From: a virus
Taxonomy: Duplodnaviria; Caudoviricetes
IMG/VR virus record: IMGVR_UViG_3300032242_000711
Coordinates: 1-59,205 of that record
Length of the DNA: 59,205 bases
Reading direction: 5' to 3' (one strand)
Shown here: in pieces, positions 1-8,531 of the stretch
Numbering within the stretch: position 1 is the first letter of the stretch
Layout of the letters: each line of letters begins with the position of its first letter
Made by a program: the position numbers and the translations under genes
Notes under the pieces: model-generated
What the model saw: the letters and a program-made list of their open reading frames with translations, nothing else
What the model was told of the DNA's origin: nothing
The model's database searches: none

Positions 1-129
1 ATGAACAAGCTCACCATCTTTCCAGTATTCTACCCAAGTGGTCAGTTCGTTGTCGTCCTCAAACGTGCCATCCTTGCGTTCAAGCAACGAGTCATCCATG
101 TCGCCGTAGGTGGTGGTAACGATAGCCAT
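1..129 (-). CDS. small late protein, partial (runs off the window edge)
   Basis: Read by hand: MAIVTTTYGDMDDSLLERKDGTFEDDNELTTWVEYWKDGELVH. Its ATG overlaps the TAA of the upstream gene (TAATG). Not in the ORF track. Confidence 0.75.
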   Translation of the reverse strand, partial: MAIVTTTYGDMDDSLLERKDGTFEDDNELTTWVEYWKDGELVH

Positions 130-548
130 TACGCGATCCTTATGATTGCTGAAGTGTTTGTAGCTGCGGGGAACTGCACAGTGAATGTCGTGGTGGATGT
201 CTTGTCCCCACCAAAATCAAGTATGCACACCGTTTTGTTTCCGTTGGTCACGTCATAGATCAGAGCGCCACGAGCCGTGAGTGCACCAGACCAAGACACA
301 TTGGCAAACGAAATATAGGCCACATTGCCAGAACTACCTGTCGTAGGTGTTGTCGTTACCGTCAGGCTTTTTCCACCAGCCGTGTACCCAGTCCCGGTAA
401 TTTCATTGGTAGATGTGTACGTTGCAGTAGTTGCATCTAACGTAGCATTGGCCGTGTACAGGGCAATTTTGAAAGCATCCGTATTGAAGTTATACGCGCC
501 GTTCATCAGCCCTGTTTTGAACGCATTTGTTGCGGTTTGGGTAAGCAT
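129..548 (-). CDS. putative virion structural protein
   Basis: Thr-rich, beta-type sequence (FKIALYT...GYTAGG) in the morphogenesis operon. TGATG coupling places the start at 548. Confidence 0.7.
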   Translation of the reverse strand: MLTQTATNAFKTGLMNGAYNFNTDAFKIALYTANATLDATTATYTSTNEITGTGYTAGGKSLTVTTTPTTGSSGNVAYISFANVSWSGALTARGALIYDVTNGNKTVCILDFGGDKTSTTTFTVQFPAATNTSAIIRIA

Positions 549-1219
549 CAAGTCACCGCCTGTCTATATTGGCCAGACCTGTAGGCATCCTGACGCTCCA
601 TACCATCACCCAGACGTTTAGCCAACGCAAGTGCTTCTTGGTACTTGGTGTTGTAGAACGCCATGATGTCTTGCTCACCCTTCATGTAGGTATAGGCTTC
701 AACCAACGAGCCATACAACAGCACGCTGTCAAAGTTATCGCCTAGCCATGTTTGCCCGCTAGAAGCGGTTGTGATCGACTCTGGGTAGTAGTAATAGTGA
801 AGCTCAACCGTGTAATTTGAACCCGGCTTTGGCCCCAGAATGAACGACAGTTCATTGGTAATGGTGCTACCAGAAACCGTAGGACCGAACAACGCATAGT
901 ACTTTGGCAACCCAGTATCACTTGGATTGGGATAGGCTTCGCGGATGTAGTTCACATCCTTGTTCAGCAAGTACTGATAGCTGCCATCAGTGTCGATCAC
1001 CGCCAGCGAGTACGGGGCCAAGAAGTCATTAGGAGCCGACAAATAGATTGTTGTCGAGGTCACCGTGCCCGTCATGTTTTTACGCAGTGACGGGAATTGA
1101 ACGGTGTTGTATATACGCTGCTCAGCCTGCGACACAAACACGGGGATTTCGTTTATAAAATCCTGTTCCGTGTTTTCAGTGTATGCACTGATTGCGGCTT
1201 TGAGCTGCGTATAGTTCAT
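548..1219 (-). CDS. putative head-tail adaptor protein
   Basis: 223 aa. N-terminal MNYTQLKAAI..FVSQAEQRI and C-terminal WL..LLYGSLVEA pattern typical of podophage adaptors; late operon context. Confidence 0.6.
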   Translation of the reverse strand: MNYTQLKAAISAYTENTEQDFINEIPVFVSQAEQRIYNTVQFPSLRKNMTGTVTSTTIYLSAPNDFLAPYSLAVIDTDGSYQYLLNKDVNYIREAYPNPSDTGLPKYYALFGPTVSGSTITNELSFILGPKPGSNYTVELHYYYYPESITTASSGQTWLGDNFDSVLLYGSLVEAYTYMKGEQDIMAFYNTKYQEALALAKRLGDGMERQDAYRSGQYRQAVT

Positions 1220-1494
1220 GCCATTGGGCCTCGTGACATCAGACCTTTAGTGGCTGCGCCAGTGCCGCGCATTTTGATGCCAGTGGTCTTTGTGGGTTCA
1301 TTACCAGCAGACTTGCTGTAAGCCCCGACAGACATATCCACGGTATCAACTTTGCTCTTGTTGGGACGAGCATCAAACTGAGCGTAGCCTTCTTTGCCAC
1401 GGCCAGCATACGAGTCCGCAGGCAAGTTGTCGCGGTTAGCACCGACCTTAACAGGTGGGCTGTTCTTGGTAGTGGGTTTGACTTGGGCAACCAT
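1216..1494 (-). CDS. small basic late protein (RGxGAATKG motif)
   Basis: 92 aa ending GIKMRGTGAATKGLMSRGPMA; translationally coupled on both sides. Confidence 0.75.
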   Translation of the reverse strand: MVAQVKPTTKNSPPVKVGANRDNLPADSYAGRGKEGYAQFDARPNKSKVDTVDMSVGAYSKSAGNEPTKTTGIKMRGTGAATKGLMSRGPMA

Positions 1495-1685
1495 TACTTG
1501 CTCCCAGATTTCTGGTTCATAGCACGGGCCAAGTTACGACCATACTTGCGACGATCCATGCCAGTAGGGCCACCTTTTTTCAGCTTCAAGGTAGTGCCCT
1601 TGCCGCCTTTATGCTCTTGAGCATCGTGCTGTTTGAAAGCCTTTTTGATGAGGGCTTTGTCTTGCTTGATATCTTCTTTGTCCAT
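1494..1685 (-). CDS. small basic late protein (LKKGG motif)
   Basis: 63 aa, Lys-rich, AAGGAG RBS. Confidence 0.75.
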   Translation of the reverse strand: MDKEDIKQDKALIKKAFKQHDAQEHKGGKGTTLKLKKGGPTGMDRRKYGRNLARAMNQKSGSK

Positions 1686-1695
1686 GACCGACTCC

Positions 1696-2127
1696 TTATG
1701 TCGTTACTACCGTTACTGTACCAACTTGCACGCCTAAAGCCAAGTCATTTGGCGTCAATACGGCATCAAATTGTTCTGATCCCCCAACCGGGTTCCAACC
1801 CCACTGAAATATGCGGCTACCCTCACTGGGGTATCCAACCGCTCGTTCTCCAGTGCCGCCGTTCAAAGCAATCTGCAATCCTGTCGTGCCCGCCTCATAG
1901 TAGCTCACATCAGGACGTGGTTCGCGCACAGCCTGTGGGTCGTAGACTGGGTACATACCCAATTGCAACTGAGGCTGATCTGGTTCCCAGCACTCTGGGC
2001 AAACCTTGATACTGACCATCTTGGTCTTGATCGTGAGCTTGCGCAATTCCTTGAGCATGTACCGCTGGCCACAGCGATCACACTCTGCAATGGAAAATTT
2101 ACCAGAAGCGTACTTAGGCCCAGCCAT
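1696..2127 (-). CDS. late protein with CxxC-CxxC Zn ribbon
   Basis: CDRC...CPEC in a 143-aa ORF within the structural operon. Confidence 0.7.
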   Translation of the reverse strand: MAGPKYASGKFSIAECDRCGQRYMLKELRKLTIKTKMVSIKVCPECWEPDQPQLQLGMYPVYDPQAVREPRPDVSYYEAGTTGLQIALNGGTGERAVGYPSEGSRIFQWGWNPVGGSEQFDAVLTPNDLALGVQVGTVTVVTT

Positions 2128-2130
2128 ACA

Positions 2131-3072
2131 TCACCTGTAGAACTGAACCCGTGGAACAAACCGATCATTGGCCTTGTCGCGGTCTTCTTCCGCAGCCAGC
2201 TGGAACTGTTGCTCGTATTCTGCCTTCAGCCCCATAACTCGATTAGGGTCAATGTTTGGCAACTTCATAGACAACTTGTAAGCCAGCCCGGCCACCATGC
2301 ATTCCAAGAAACGGAATGGAATGTCTTGGGTCTTAACGCCTGTGCCAGTATCTTGGATGCGCCGCATGCGCCAGTACACCATTGTGTAGTATGGGTTGCC
2401 CGCAGAGCCTTGGTTGGGCACAGGCCAGATGTTTACGCATGGCAGGTTCTGCACCGTGATGGCCGAGCCTACTGCATGAGTTGCGGCTGTTGTGCCGTTC
2501 TGCCCACGAGCGCAGTACAAGAGAGTGCTGTTGACCGTATCCACCGCAGAGTAGCAAATGACTTCTGTGCCCACCAAAATAAACCCAGTAGAACCCAACT
2601 CAGAGATGTTGGTAACCGGAATGGTCGTAGCATCTGCGCTCAACGTACTTGTTCCACCAATTTGTGCGGCGGTCAAATTAGACTCGCCAGACTGGCGGTT
2701 GATCCAGAACTGAATTGGACGGCCCGTGGCGTTCTTGTTGGGGATCGTGGAGTACGTAGACTCGCTGATCCGGTTGATGTTGATGTCAGACTGGTTTGTG
2801 CCGCTACCTGTGCGGGTTACTTGATCCAACAAATCAATCGTATCGGTGGGCAGCGCGTAGATGATCTGGTTAGGGTAGAGCGGAATCTGCCCCTCTTCAA
2901 TCGTCCACAAGTTGATGCCACGGTTGGCCCACTCGATGGTCAACAAGTTAAGGCTACGCCGCGCCGTGCGGAAGTTATATCCCGTGCGCAGTTCCTGACC
3001 ACAACGCTCGAACGCCTCCTCAATGAGGTCATTGACATCAAGGTTGAAGACGGACGTTCCGGTTGTGGTCAT
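2131..3072 (-). CDS. putative neck/adaptor-like structural protein
   Basis: 313 aa (LIEEAFERCG...ARRSLNLL..EWANRG; P.RF..C.VAGLAY) with an inserted beta domain; morphogenesis context. Confidence 0.55.
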   Translation of the reverse strand: MTTTGTSVFNLDVNDLIEEAFERCGQELRTGYNFRTARRSLNLLTIEWANRGINLWTIEEGQIPLYPNQIIYALPTDTIDLLDQVTRTGSGTNQSDININRISESTYSTIPNKNATGRPIQFWINRQSGESNLTAAQIGGTSTLSADATTIPVTNISELGSTGFILVGTEVICYSAVDTVNSTLLYCARGQNGTTAATHAVGSAITVQNLPCVNIWPVPNQGSAGNPYYTMVYWRMRRIQDTGTGVKTQDIPFRFLECMVAGLAYKLSMKLPNIDPNRVMGLKAEYEQQFQLAAEEDRDKANDRFVPRVQFYR

Positions 3073-3245
3073 TTCATGCCCTTAAGGGTTTCCGCAAGAC
3101 GTGCGCGTTGACCAATTTTACCGGGCTTTTTAGCGGCAGCAGCCAGCTTTTTAGCGGGAATAGGTTTACCCGGCTTAGCGCCTAACTCTTTGCGCAAAGC
3201 CCCGGGCTTTTTGATTGCGTCTTTGATCCAATTTTTGGTAGCCAT
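3069..3245 (-). CDS. small Lys/Ala/Pro-rich basic protein
   Basis: Read by hand, 58 aa: MATKNWIKDAIKKPGALRKELGAKPGKPIPAKKLAAAAKKPGKIGQRARLAETLKGMK. Coupled at both ends; below the ORF-track cutoff. Confidence 0.8.
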   Translation of the reverse strand: MATKNWIKDAIKKPGALRKELGAKPGKPIPAKKLAAAAKKPGKIGQRARLAETLKGMK

Positions 3246-3493
3246 TACTTTTTCGCAGTCTTTGCAGATTGGACAAATGCTTGCGCAGTTGGAGCGCCCT
3301 TTGAACCCGGCTTGCGCATATGCTCACCGGAACCTTGGGCTATCCTTTTACGCTTGGCGTTAATGTTGGCATACAGCCCAACTGGTCCACCTTTTTTATA
3401 TTCGGTGAAGTCAGTGTTATCACGGCGTGCTTTACGCGCACCTTTAGGCATTTTGGAGGGGGAGATATCCCCCATACCACGGCTGGCCAACAT
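3245..3493 (-). CDS. small basic late protein (SRGMG, YKKGG motifs)
   Basis: 82 aa from ATG 3493 (MLASRGMGDI...). Confidence 0.75.
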   Translation of the reverse strand: MLASRGMGDISPSKMPKGARKARRDNTDFTEYKKGGPVGLYANINAKRKRIAQGSGEHMRKPGSKGAPTAQAFVQSAKTAKK

Positions 3494-3495
3494 GA

Positions 3496-3690
3496 TTACT
3501 TCTTGGCCATACCACCACCGCACAGTGCCATCACATGATCCATGTGGGGCTTGTGGCCAGCAGCTTGTTTTTGAAACACGTTTTTGTAGTGTTTATGGTC
3601 GCCAGTCTCATGCTTGGAAATGAAGTCGTCGTGACGCTTCATGTCGGGGCCAGACATGGGTTCCATTTGTTCTTTAACCATAGGTCGCAT
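3496..3690 (-). CDS. small His-rich late protein
   Basis: 64 aa from ATG 3690 with AAGGAG RBS; ends ALCGGGMAKK. Confidence 0.7.
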   Translation of the reverse strand: MRPMVKEQMEPMSGPDMKRHDDFISKHETGDHKHYKNVFQKQAAGHKPHMDHVMALCGGGMAKK

Positions 3691-3700
3691 AATGAACTCC

Positions 3701-4024
3701 TTAACAAATTTTGCCACGGGTTTTGCCACGAGCGGCAATCCCATCAGCGCGTGAAGATGCTGTACCACCAGCAGCCATTTTAGTTACTGGGGCCATACCC
3801 ATAGGTTTTCCAGAATCGGAGAACTTCATGTATTTAGCTGTACCACCAGACTTCATACCTACGGTTTTGTTGTAGGCTTTAGTGGTGTCGGCTTGTTCGC
3901 GGTCAGCTTTAGTTTGCTGCTCCATCTCGTACCGTTGTGCAGGCGTAATGTAATCCGCATTGGACTCGTCTGTGCGTTGAGGATTTACAAACCCACGCCC
4001 AGCACCAGCTTCTTTTTTAGCCAT
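3701..4024 (-). CDS. small late protein (MKSGG, MAAGG, ADGIAxRGKTRG)
   Basis: 107 aa, AAGGAGG RBS. Confidence 0.8.
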   Translation of the reverse strand: MAKKEAGAGRGFVNPQRTDESNADYITPAQRYEMEQQTKADREQADTTKAYNKTVGMKSGGTAKYMKFSDSGKPMGMAPVTKMAAGGTASSRADGIAARGKTRGKIC

Positions 4025-4039
4025 GATGGCCTCCTTAAA

Positions 4040-4417
4040 TTAGCAGGCTTTGCCGCCGCGCTTCATGCCTTTAGCGCCGCTCATGATGCCAACGGTTTTG
4101 CCGCTGTCACCCATGTTTTTGCCGCGAGTTTTGCCGCGCTCTGCGATGCCGTCACGGCTTGGAGCGCCAGTTTTGACTTTACCCATTTTTTCGGTTGTCA
4201 TACCGCGACGCTCACTCACACCAGTCATGCCAGTAGTGCTGCCGCCTTTAGCCATTTTCTTCGTTGCCATATCGCCACCTTTTGAAAATTTGCGGCCCTT
4301 GTCCGCGTTAGAAAAATCTTTGCCCACAGACTGTGGGACGCCTACTTTCTTGGCAAACGATGGCGAGTGCGCAATCGCTTCCATGAAGTTGTGCTGCTTC
4401 TTGCTGCTACTTGGCAT
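4040..4417 (-). CDS. small basic late protein (three xxGG motifs, DGIAxRGKTRG)
   Basis: 125 aa from ATG 4417 (TGATG coupling). Confidence 0.8.
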   Translation of the reverse strand: MPSSSKKQHNFMEAIAHSPSFAKKVGVPQSVGKDFSNADKGRKFSKGGDMATKKMAKGGSTTGMTGVSERRGMTTEKMGKVKTGAPSRDGIAERGKTRGKNMGDSGKTVGIMSGAKGMKRGGKAC

Positions 4418-4656
4418 CATCGCCCCGCTTGGATGAGTTGGTCAATCTTTGCTTCAAGTTTGTTAAAGCGTTGGTCAATGTGATCAGTAATGCGCTGAAT
4501 TTCTGTTTGAGTAACGTAATCACGGGCGACCTCCTCGCGTGTCTTGTTGAGCAAGATGTCGATGCGCTTTAACTCGGCAAACTTTTCTTTCAAAGTCATT
4601 CCGATGAGCGTGGTTACAAGAGTCAGCGCCGCTGACCAAATGGTGTTGAAATCCAT
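4417..4656 (-). CDS. small membrane protein (N-terminal TM plus coiled coil)
   Basis: Hydrophobic IWSAALTLVTTLIGM followed by a heptad-like segment (RFNKLEAKIDQL). Confidence 0.7.
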   Translation of the reverse strand: MDFNTIWSAALTLVTTLIGMTLKEKFAELKRIDILLNKTREEVARDYVTQTEIQRITDHIDQRFNKLEAKIDQLIQAGR

Positions 4657-4926
4657 TTAGCATTTCCACCTTGCAAGGGAAGCCGCCTTGCGGGTGGGCT
4701 TTCCGTTTTCGTCTTTCATCGGGCCGGGCATGCCAGACATGCGGGCGCAGAACGAATCCTTGCGCTTGCCGCCTTGAGGCTGGGGAGCCTTCAAGTTGCT
4801 GCCTGTTTCCCGGTTGTACTTGGCGCGGCCCTTGGCAGTCAGACCTGCACCTTTCGATACAGGCAGCTTCTCACCACGGCCAACAGCCAGTGATGGGCCT
4901 TTTTTCTTGGGCGCTGCTTTAGCCAT
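4657..4926 (-). CDS. basic phage protein, DUF6321-like
   Basis: GLTAKGRAKYN..TGSNLKAP...SFCARM...RWKC; start at ATG 4926. Confidence 0.65.
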   Translation of the reverse strand: MAKAAPKKKGPSLAVGRGEKLPVSKGAGLTAKGRAKYNRETGSNLKAPQPQGGKRKDSFCARMSGMPGPMKDENGKPTRKAASLARWKC

Positions 4927-5407
4927 AGAACACCGTAGCTGCAATGTTTGTTGGAACGCCGCAGTAAATACCGTTGGCGGACAGAATACCTTCGCCGGGA
5001 ACAATCACACTAACAGGGACGCTGTTTGTAATGTCAATTTCCATCAAGACGTTGGGGTAGATACTTACGTTACCGCTCTGCGAACCAGAGGCCACCGTTA
5101 CTGTAAATGTGGTCACGCCAGTCACAGTGACTGTGTAAGGCCCAGTTGCAGCACCGCCAGTGGTAAACACCAACAATACACGCATGCCGGTGGACAACCC
5201 ATGACCAGTAGACACTGTAACGGTACATGTAGTCGTGGACACACTATAGGTTCCACTGATGTTAGTGTTGTCTGTAAATGCAACATTGGCGGCAGTGCCA
5301 GAAGAGGTATTCGACACTACAGCGCCCTTAAGGCGGGTGCGGCCTGAATATACCAATCCAGAGCTACCCACCATAATGTGTTGGGATTTAACGTCTGTCT
5401 GCATCAT
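4919..5407 (-). CDS. putative capsid-associated/fibre protein
   Basis: Thr/Val/Gly-rich beta protein, GGAGA RBS, second gene after the capsid region. Confidence 0.6.
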   Translation of the reverse strand: MMQTDVKSQHIMVGSSGLVYSGRTRLKGAVVSNTSSGTAANVAFTDNTNISGTYSVSTTTCTVTVSTGHGLSTGMRVLLVFTTGGAATGPYTVTVTGVTTFTVTVASGSQSGNVSIYPNVLMEIDITNSVPVSVIVPGEGILSANGIYCGVPTNIAATVFYG

Positions 5408-5421
5408 AATCAATCTCCTGT

Positions 5422-5443
5422 AAAACGGGGGCCGAAGCCCCCG
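5422..5443 (-). terminator. rho-independent terminator
   Basis: Minus strand CGGGGGC-TTCG-GCCCCCG-TTTT. Confidence 0.85.
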
Positions 5444-5450
5444 AGATCAA

Positions 5451-5936
5451 TTAGGCTTGGCTAGGGTTGGCAGCGCCATCAGAACCGCGCACTGTATAAC
5501 GGCAAGTCACAGTAGCTGCACCGCCGCTTGCTGTACCAGCGCAAGCATAGATCACTTGCACGATCAAGTCAGTCGAACCAACGTTCAACATAGTGCCAAC
5601 TTGTGCGGCTGTATAAGCCACGGTAGCGCGGCCAGTAGCCAAAGGTGTAGTCGATGCGCTACCAACGGTAGCCAACGAAGAACCGCCAGCAGTTTGAATG
5701 GTAATGGTGTTACCAGTGGTGCCCGAATAAGCAGTGGTAATGTCAACCAAGAAGTCTTGAATTTGAGCGCCAGCAGGCAACACAAACAATGTTACGGCGG
5801 AAGTGTCGTTAACGGTGGTTGTACCAGTCTGAGTAACAACGGTTGCGCCCATGTTACGGATCGTGCCAGCAGTGGTGCCAGTAGTATTCTTAACAGTACC
5901 AAGCAGCCAAGGGCCAAGGTGGGAAGCGAATGCCAT
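5451..5936 (-). CDS. putative capsid decoration/cement protein
   Basis: 161 aa, Thr/Ala/Gly-rich, downstream of the major capsid gene, with its own promoter and terminator. Confidence 0.6.
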   Translation of the reverse strand: MAFASHLGPWLLGTVKNTTGTTAGTIRNMGATVVTQTGTTTVNDTSAVTLFVLPAGAQIQDFLVDITTAYSGTTGNTITIQTAGGSSLATVGSASTTPLATGRATVAYTAAQVGTMLNVGSTDLIVQVIYACAGTASGGAATVTCRYTVRGSDGAANPSQA

Positions 5937-5943
5937 GATATGT

Positions 5944-6017
5944 CCTTCATGCAGTTAAAGGTGCATCAATCTTGCATGACGTCCGCCGGGACGGTTTGAT
6001 ACACCGGAAAGCCCGGA
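5944..6017 (-). ncRNA. structured cis-regulatory RNA leader (pseudoknot), candidate Mu-gpT-DE-like motif
   Basis: 10-bp stem GGTGTATCAA/TTGATGCACC, inner hairpin CGTCC/GGACG, and a 7-bp pseudoknot TCATGCA/TGCATGA abutting the AAGGA RBS. Confidence 0.6.
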
Positions 6018-6023
6018 TAGCCC

Positions 6024-6052
6024 AATATATCACTGCTCTGCGGGGTGTGCAA
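6024..6052 (-). promoter_or_regulatory. sigma70-type promoter
   Basis: TTGCAC-17 nt-TATATT with an extended -10 TG. Confidence 0.7.
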
Positions 6053-6632
6053 GCAGTTTGTTGGACTTCGCAAGATTTTCTTCTTGGGTAATGACGCGCA
6101 GGTTCCACGACACATGCAACCCACATACGGCTTCGCCGCGCAGTGGGACGATGTGGTCAACTACATACTGCTCCCCAGTGGTCTTTGTCATGGTAATAGC
6201 AATCTGATAAATCTGGCGAATTTCAGATTTTTGTTTTCGTGTCAGCCACGGCGGGGTAGCCTCTCTATGTTTGCGGCGACGAACCTTGTTGTCAGCCAGC
6301 ACTTGGGTTTTGTTAGCGGCTTTCCACGCATTTCGGTATTCCCGCAATTGCGCAACGGGGCGTGTAGCTGCGGCTTGTTTTACCTGCTCATGGTTTTCGG
6401 CGTACCACTCATGCTTGCGGTCTTTAACATCTTCTCGCTTGTTGTACTCCCGAAAATACTCTGCGCGGGTTTCCGCAGCTTGTTGCCACTCCACCTTGAG
6501 GCAGTCAATACACGCGCCTTTGGTCTTGCGCGGGGCAATGTGCCCATGCTTGCATGGCTCTCCAGTGAAATAGTATTTGGCCCCCGTTGCTTTGGCGTCT
6601 GCGCGGGTCTTAGGTAAGTTGGCGGTGTCCAT
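6030..6632 (-). CDS. free-standing HNH homing endonuclease
   Basis: N-terminal YFTGEPCKHGH..R...C..C module and C-terminal VDHIVPL...CGLHV..NL......N..KSN. Confidence 0.9.
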   Translation of the reverse strand: MDTANLPKTRADAKATGAKYYFTGEPCKHGHIAPRKTKGACIDCLKVEWQQAAETRAEYFREYNKREDVKDRKHEWYAENHEQVKQAAATRPVAQLREYRNAWKAANKTQVLADNKVRRRKHREATPPWLTRKQKSEIRQIYQIAITMTKTTGEQYVVDHIVPLRGEAVCGLHVSWNLRVITQEENLAKSNKLLAHPAEQ

Positions 6633-6684
6633 ATATGCTCCTGTGACTTAGTAACAGGTAATGTACACGAAAAACTCAGAAATG

Positions 6685-6707
6685 AAAAGAGGCCCCGAAG
6701 GGCCTCT
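6685..6707 (-). terminator. rho-independent terminator after the major capsid gene
   Basis: Minus strand AGAGGCCC-TTCG-GGGCCTCT-TTT. Confidence 0.85.
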
Positions 6708-6732
6708 AAAATTAGGTCTTTCGACCCAATTA

Positions 6733-7644
6733 TCAGGACGCGCCGGGCGAACCGAACATGCCCAGAGGGTCAGACCAGCCGAAGCTGTAACGCTCACGAG
6801 ACTTGTAACGGACGTTACCCGTATCGAAATCACCGTCCATTGAGTTTTGCAATGGAGTGCGCTCGAAGTGCTTCATACCGTTAGGCACATCGGTGGTCAG
6901 ATACCAGCCGTTGTTGTCAGTCAAGAAGTGGTTGACTGTATAGCCTTCAGGGATAGAACCGTTGTTCTTCAAGGCGTTGATGTCGTTGTCGGTTGTACCA
7001 ACGCGCAACTCGGTTTCGAGCAGGCGGGTAGCCACGAACATCAATGCTGGAGGAACAATCAGCTTCTTAGGCTTGGCAGCGATCAACAGACCACGTTCAT
7101 CAGTCCAAGCGGCGATCTGAATAACGGCGGCTTCCAAAGAAGTCTCGTTCAGGTCGGCTGCAACCGATGGGGTGTTGCTGTTGGTACCACCAGACACCAG
7201 TGGGTGAGCGGTGCTAAACAAAGCCACGCCGTCACCACCTTGGTAGCCATTGTTGAAACCGTTGTTGATAACGGCAGCAGCTTTGACTTGCTTGGTGTAT
7301 GCCATAGCACGAGCCAGAGCCTTGGTGTAACGAGCGGACAACGAGTCATACAAGTTGTCTTCGATAGCTTCTTCAGTCAAGCTGAAGCCCAAAGCGATGG
7401 TTTCGTGGTTGTAACGAGAAGTCCATGCTTCCTGTGCGTTGTCATAACGGATGGCAGAGCCTTCGTTCTTGACAGGTGCGGCAGAGAAACCAGACAGTTT
7501 CGTTTCTTCTTCAAAGCTACGCTCAGATGTCTCTGTTTCGTAGATTTCTTTGTGCTCTTCGCCGTAGCGTGCATACTCCAAACCGAACAAAGCGTTCAGG
7601 CCGGGCAGCAATTCCTTGAGCAGTTGTGCGCGTGAAATAGCCAT
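6733..7644 (-). CDS. major capsid protein (Mu gpT-like, HK97 fold)
   Basis: MAISRAQLLKELLPGLNALFG...LIVPPAL...RYKSRERYSFGWSD; AAGGAG RBS, biased codons, terminator behind. Confidence 0.88.
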   Translation of the reverse strand: MAISRAQLLKELLPGLNALFGLEYARYGEEHKEIYETETSERSFEEETKLSGFSAAPVKNEGSAIRYDNAQEAWTSRYNHETIALGFSLTEEAIEDNLYDSLSARYTKALARAMAYTKQVKAAAVINNGFNNGYQGGDGVALFSTAHPLVSGGTNSNTPSVAADLNETSLEAAVIQIAAWTDERGLLIAAKPKKLIVPPALMFVATRLLETELRVGTTDNDINALKNNGSIPEGYTVNHFLTDNNGWYLTTDVPNGMKHFERTPLQNSMDGDFDTGNVRYKSRERYSFGWSDPLGMFGSPGAS

Positions 7645-7655
7645 GATTTATCTCC

Positions 7656-8513
7656 TTAAGCGGCGTAGTAGTTGTGAACGCCAAAGTTCAATTTGACCAG
7701 AACTTCTGGAGACTGAACCAAGACAATCGTTGCACCAGCAGAAGGCGTAGTGGTCACAGCAGCACTGATGGTCAGTGTAGTGTTACCAGTGGTGGACACA
7801 GTAGCGGCAGTAGCCACGTTTGCGCCAACGCCCAATTGCTGAAGCTGACCACCAACCAATTGGAAGATGTCAGTGCCAACGGGGATCACTTGACCAACAG
7901 TCAGACCGGACACAACGAAAGAAGTTGTGGTGGTACTAACGAAGGTTGCAGAGGTGCTGACCTGTGTATCAGGCACGAGACTCAAGATACGGAAAGCGCC
8001 GCCAGAACCAACAGCCGTAGTGGTGTTAGCAGCGACCAAACCAGCACCAGAGTTGCCAGTGGTAGTGCTACCAACAGGAGTGTTCTCCACAGCGTTCAGG
8101 CCAACCATTGCGGATGGGAACGAAGAGATGACGTTAGAAGAAGCCGAAGCCACTGCCACCATCTTGAACACAGTATCAGGATCATCAGCGATGATGGCCT
8201 GAATGTCGCCAGCAGCTGTGCTTGCAGGGTAATACTGCGAGAACAATTTCTGCTTAGTTGTAGGGTTTGTATAAGAACAACCCAAGAAGACACCAATGGT
8301 GCCCTTAGAGGTCAAGCTAGTGTTAGTAGCTGCCGGGATAACACAGCCAGCCGTAGAGCCAGTAGTGCCGAGAGTGACGAGGTCGCCGTAGAAAATGTTG
8401 GTGCCGTAGTTATACGCAATCGGGTATTGGCGAGTAGAACCCGCGTAGACCTGACCACCAATCAAGCTCTGTGGCAGCACGCCGTAAGGTGCCGATACAG
8501 TTGGATAAGCCAT
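7656..8513 (-). CDS. putative minor capsid/decoration protein
   Basis: 285 aa (APYG..P; IFYGD; GVFLGC.YT; DDPD) between scaffold and major capsid genes. Confidence 0.6.
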   Translation of the reverse strand: MAYPTVSAPYGVLPQSLIGGQVYAGSTRQYPIAYNYGTNIFYGDLVTLGTTGSTAGCVIPAATNTSLTSKGTIGVFLGCSYTNPTTKQKLFSQYYPASTAAGDIQAIIADDPDTVFKMVAVASASSNVISSFPSAMVGLNAVENTPVGSTTTGNSGAGLVAANTTTAVGSGGAFRILSLVPDTQVSTSATFVSTTTTSFVVSGLTVGQVIPVGTDIFQLVGGQLQQLGVGANVATAATVSTTGNTTLTISAAVTTTPSAGATIVLVQSPEVLVKLNFGVHNYYAA

Positions 8514-8531
8514 TTAAGACTCCTTGGAAAT

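Noticed and set aside
1963-3111. 382-aa plus-strand ORF, and similar long ORFs at 6847-7635, 7674-8558 and 11976-12596
   Set aside because: Antisense shadows of well-supported minus-strand genes, with no RBS or motifs.
5944-6005. SAM-II riboswitch
   Set aside because: Similar pseudoknot topology, but the conserved U-rich loop and CUAAA-type tail are not present, and the downstream gene is structural.
6733-6760. Programmed frameshift or read-through extending the capsid protein
   Set aside because: Tandem TGA-TAA stops followed by a terminator; no slippery heptamer seen.
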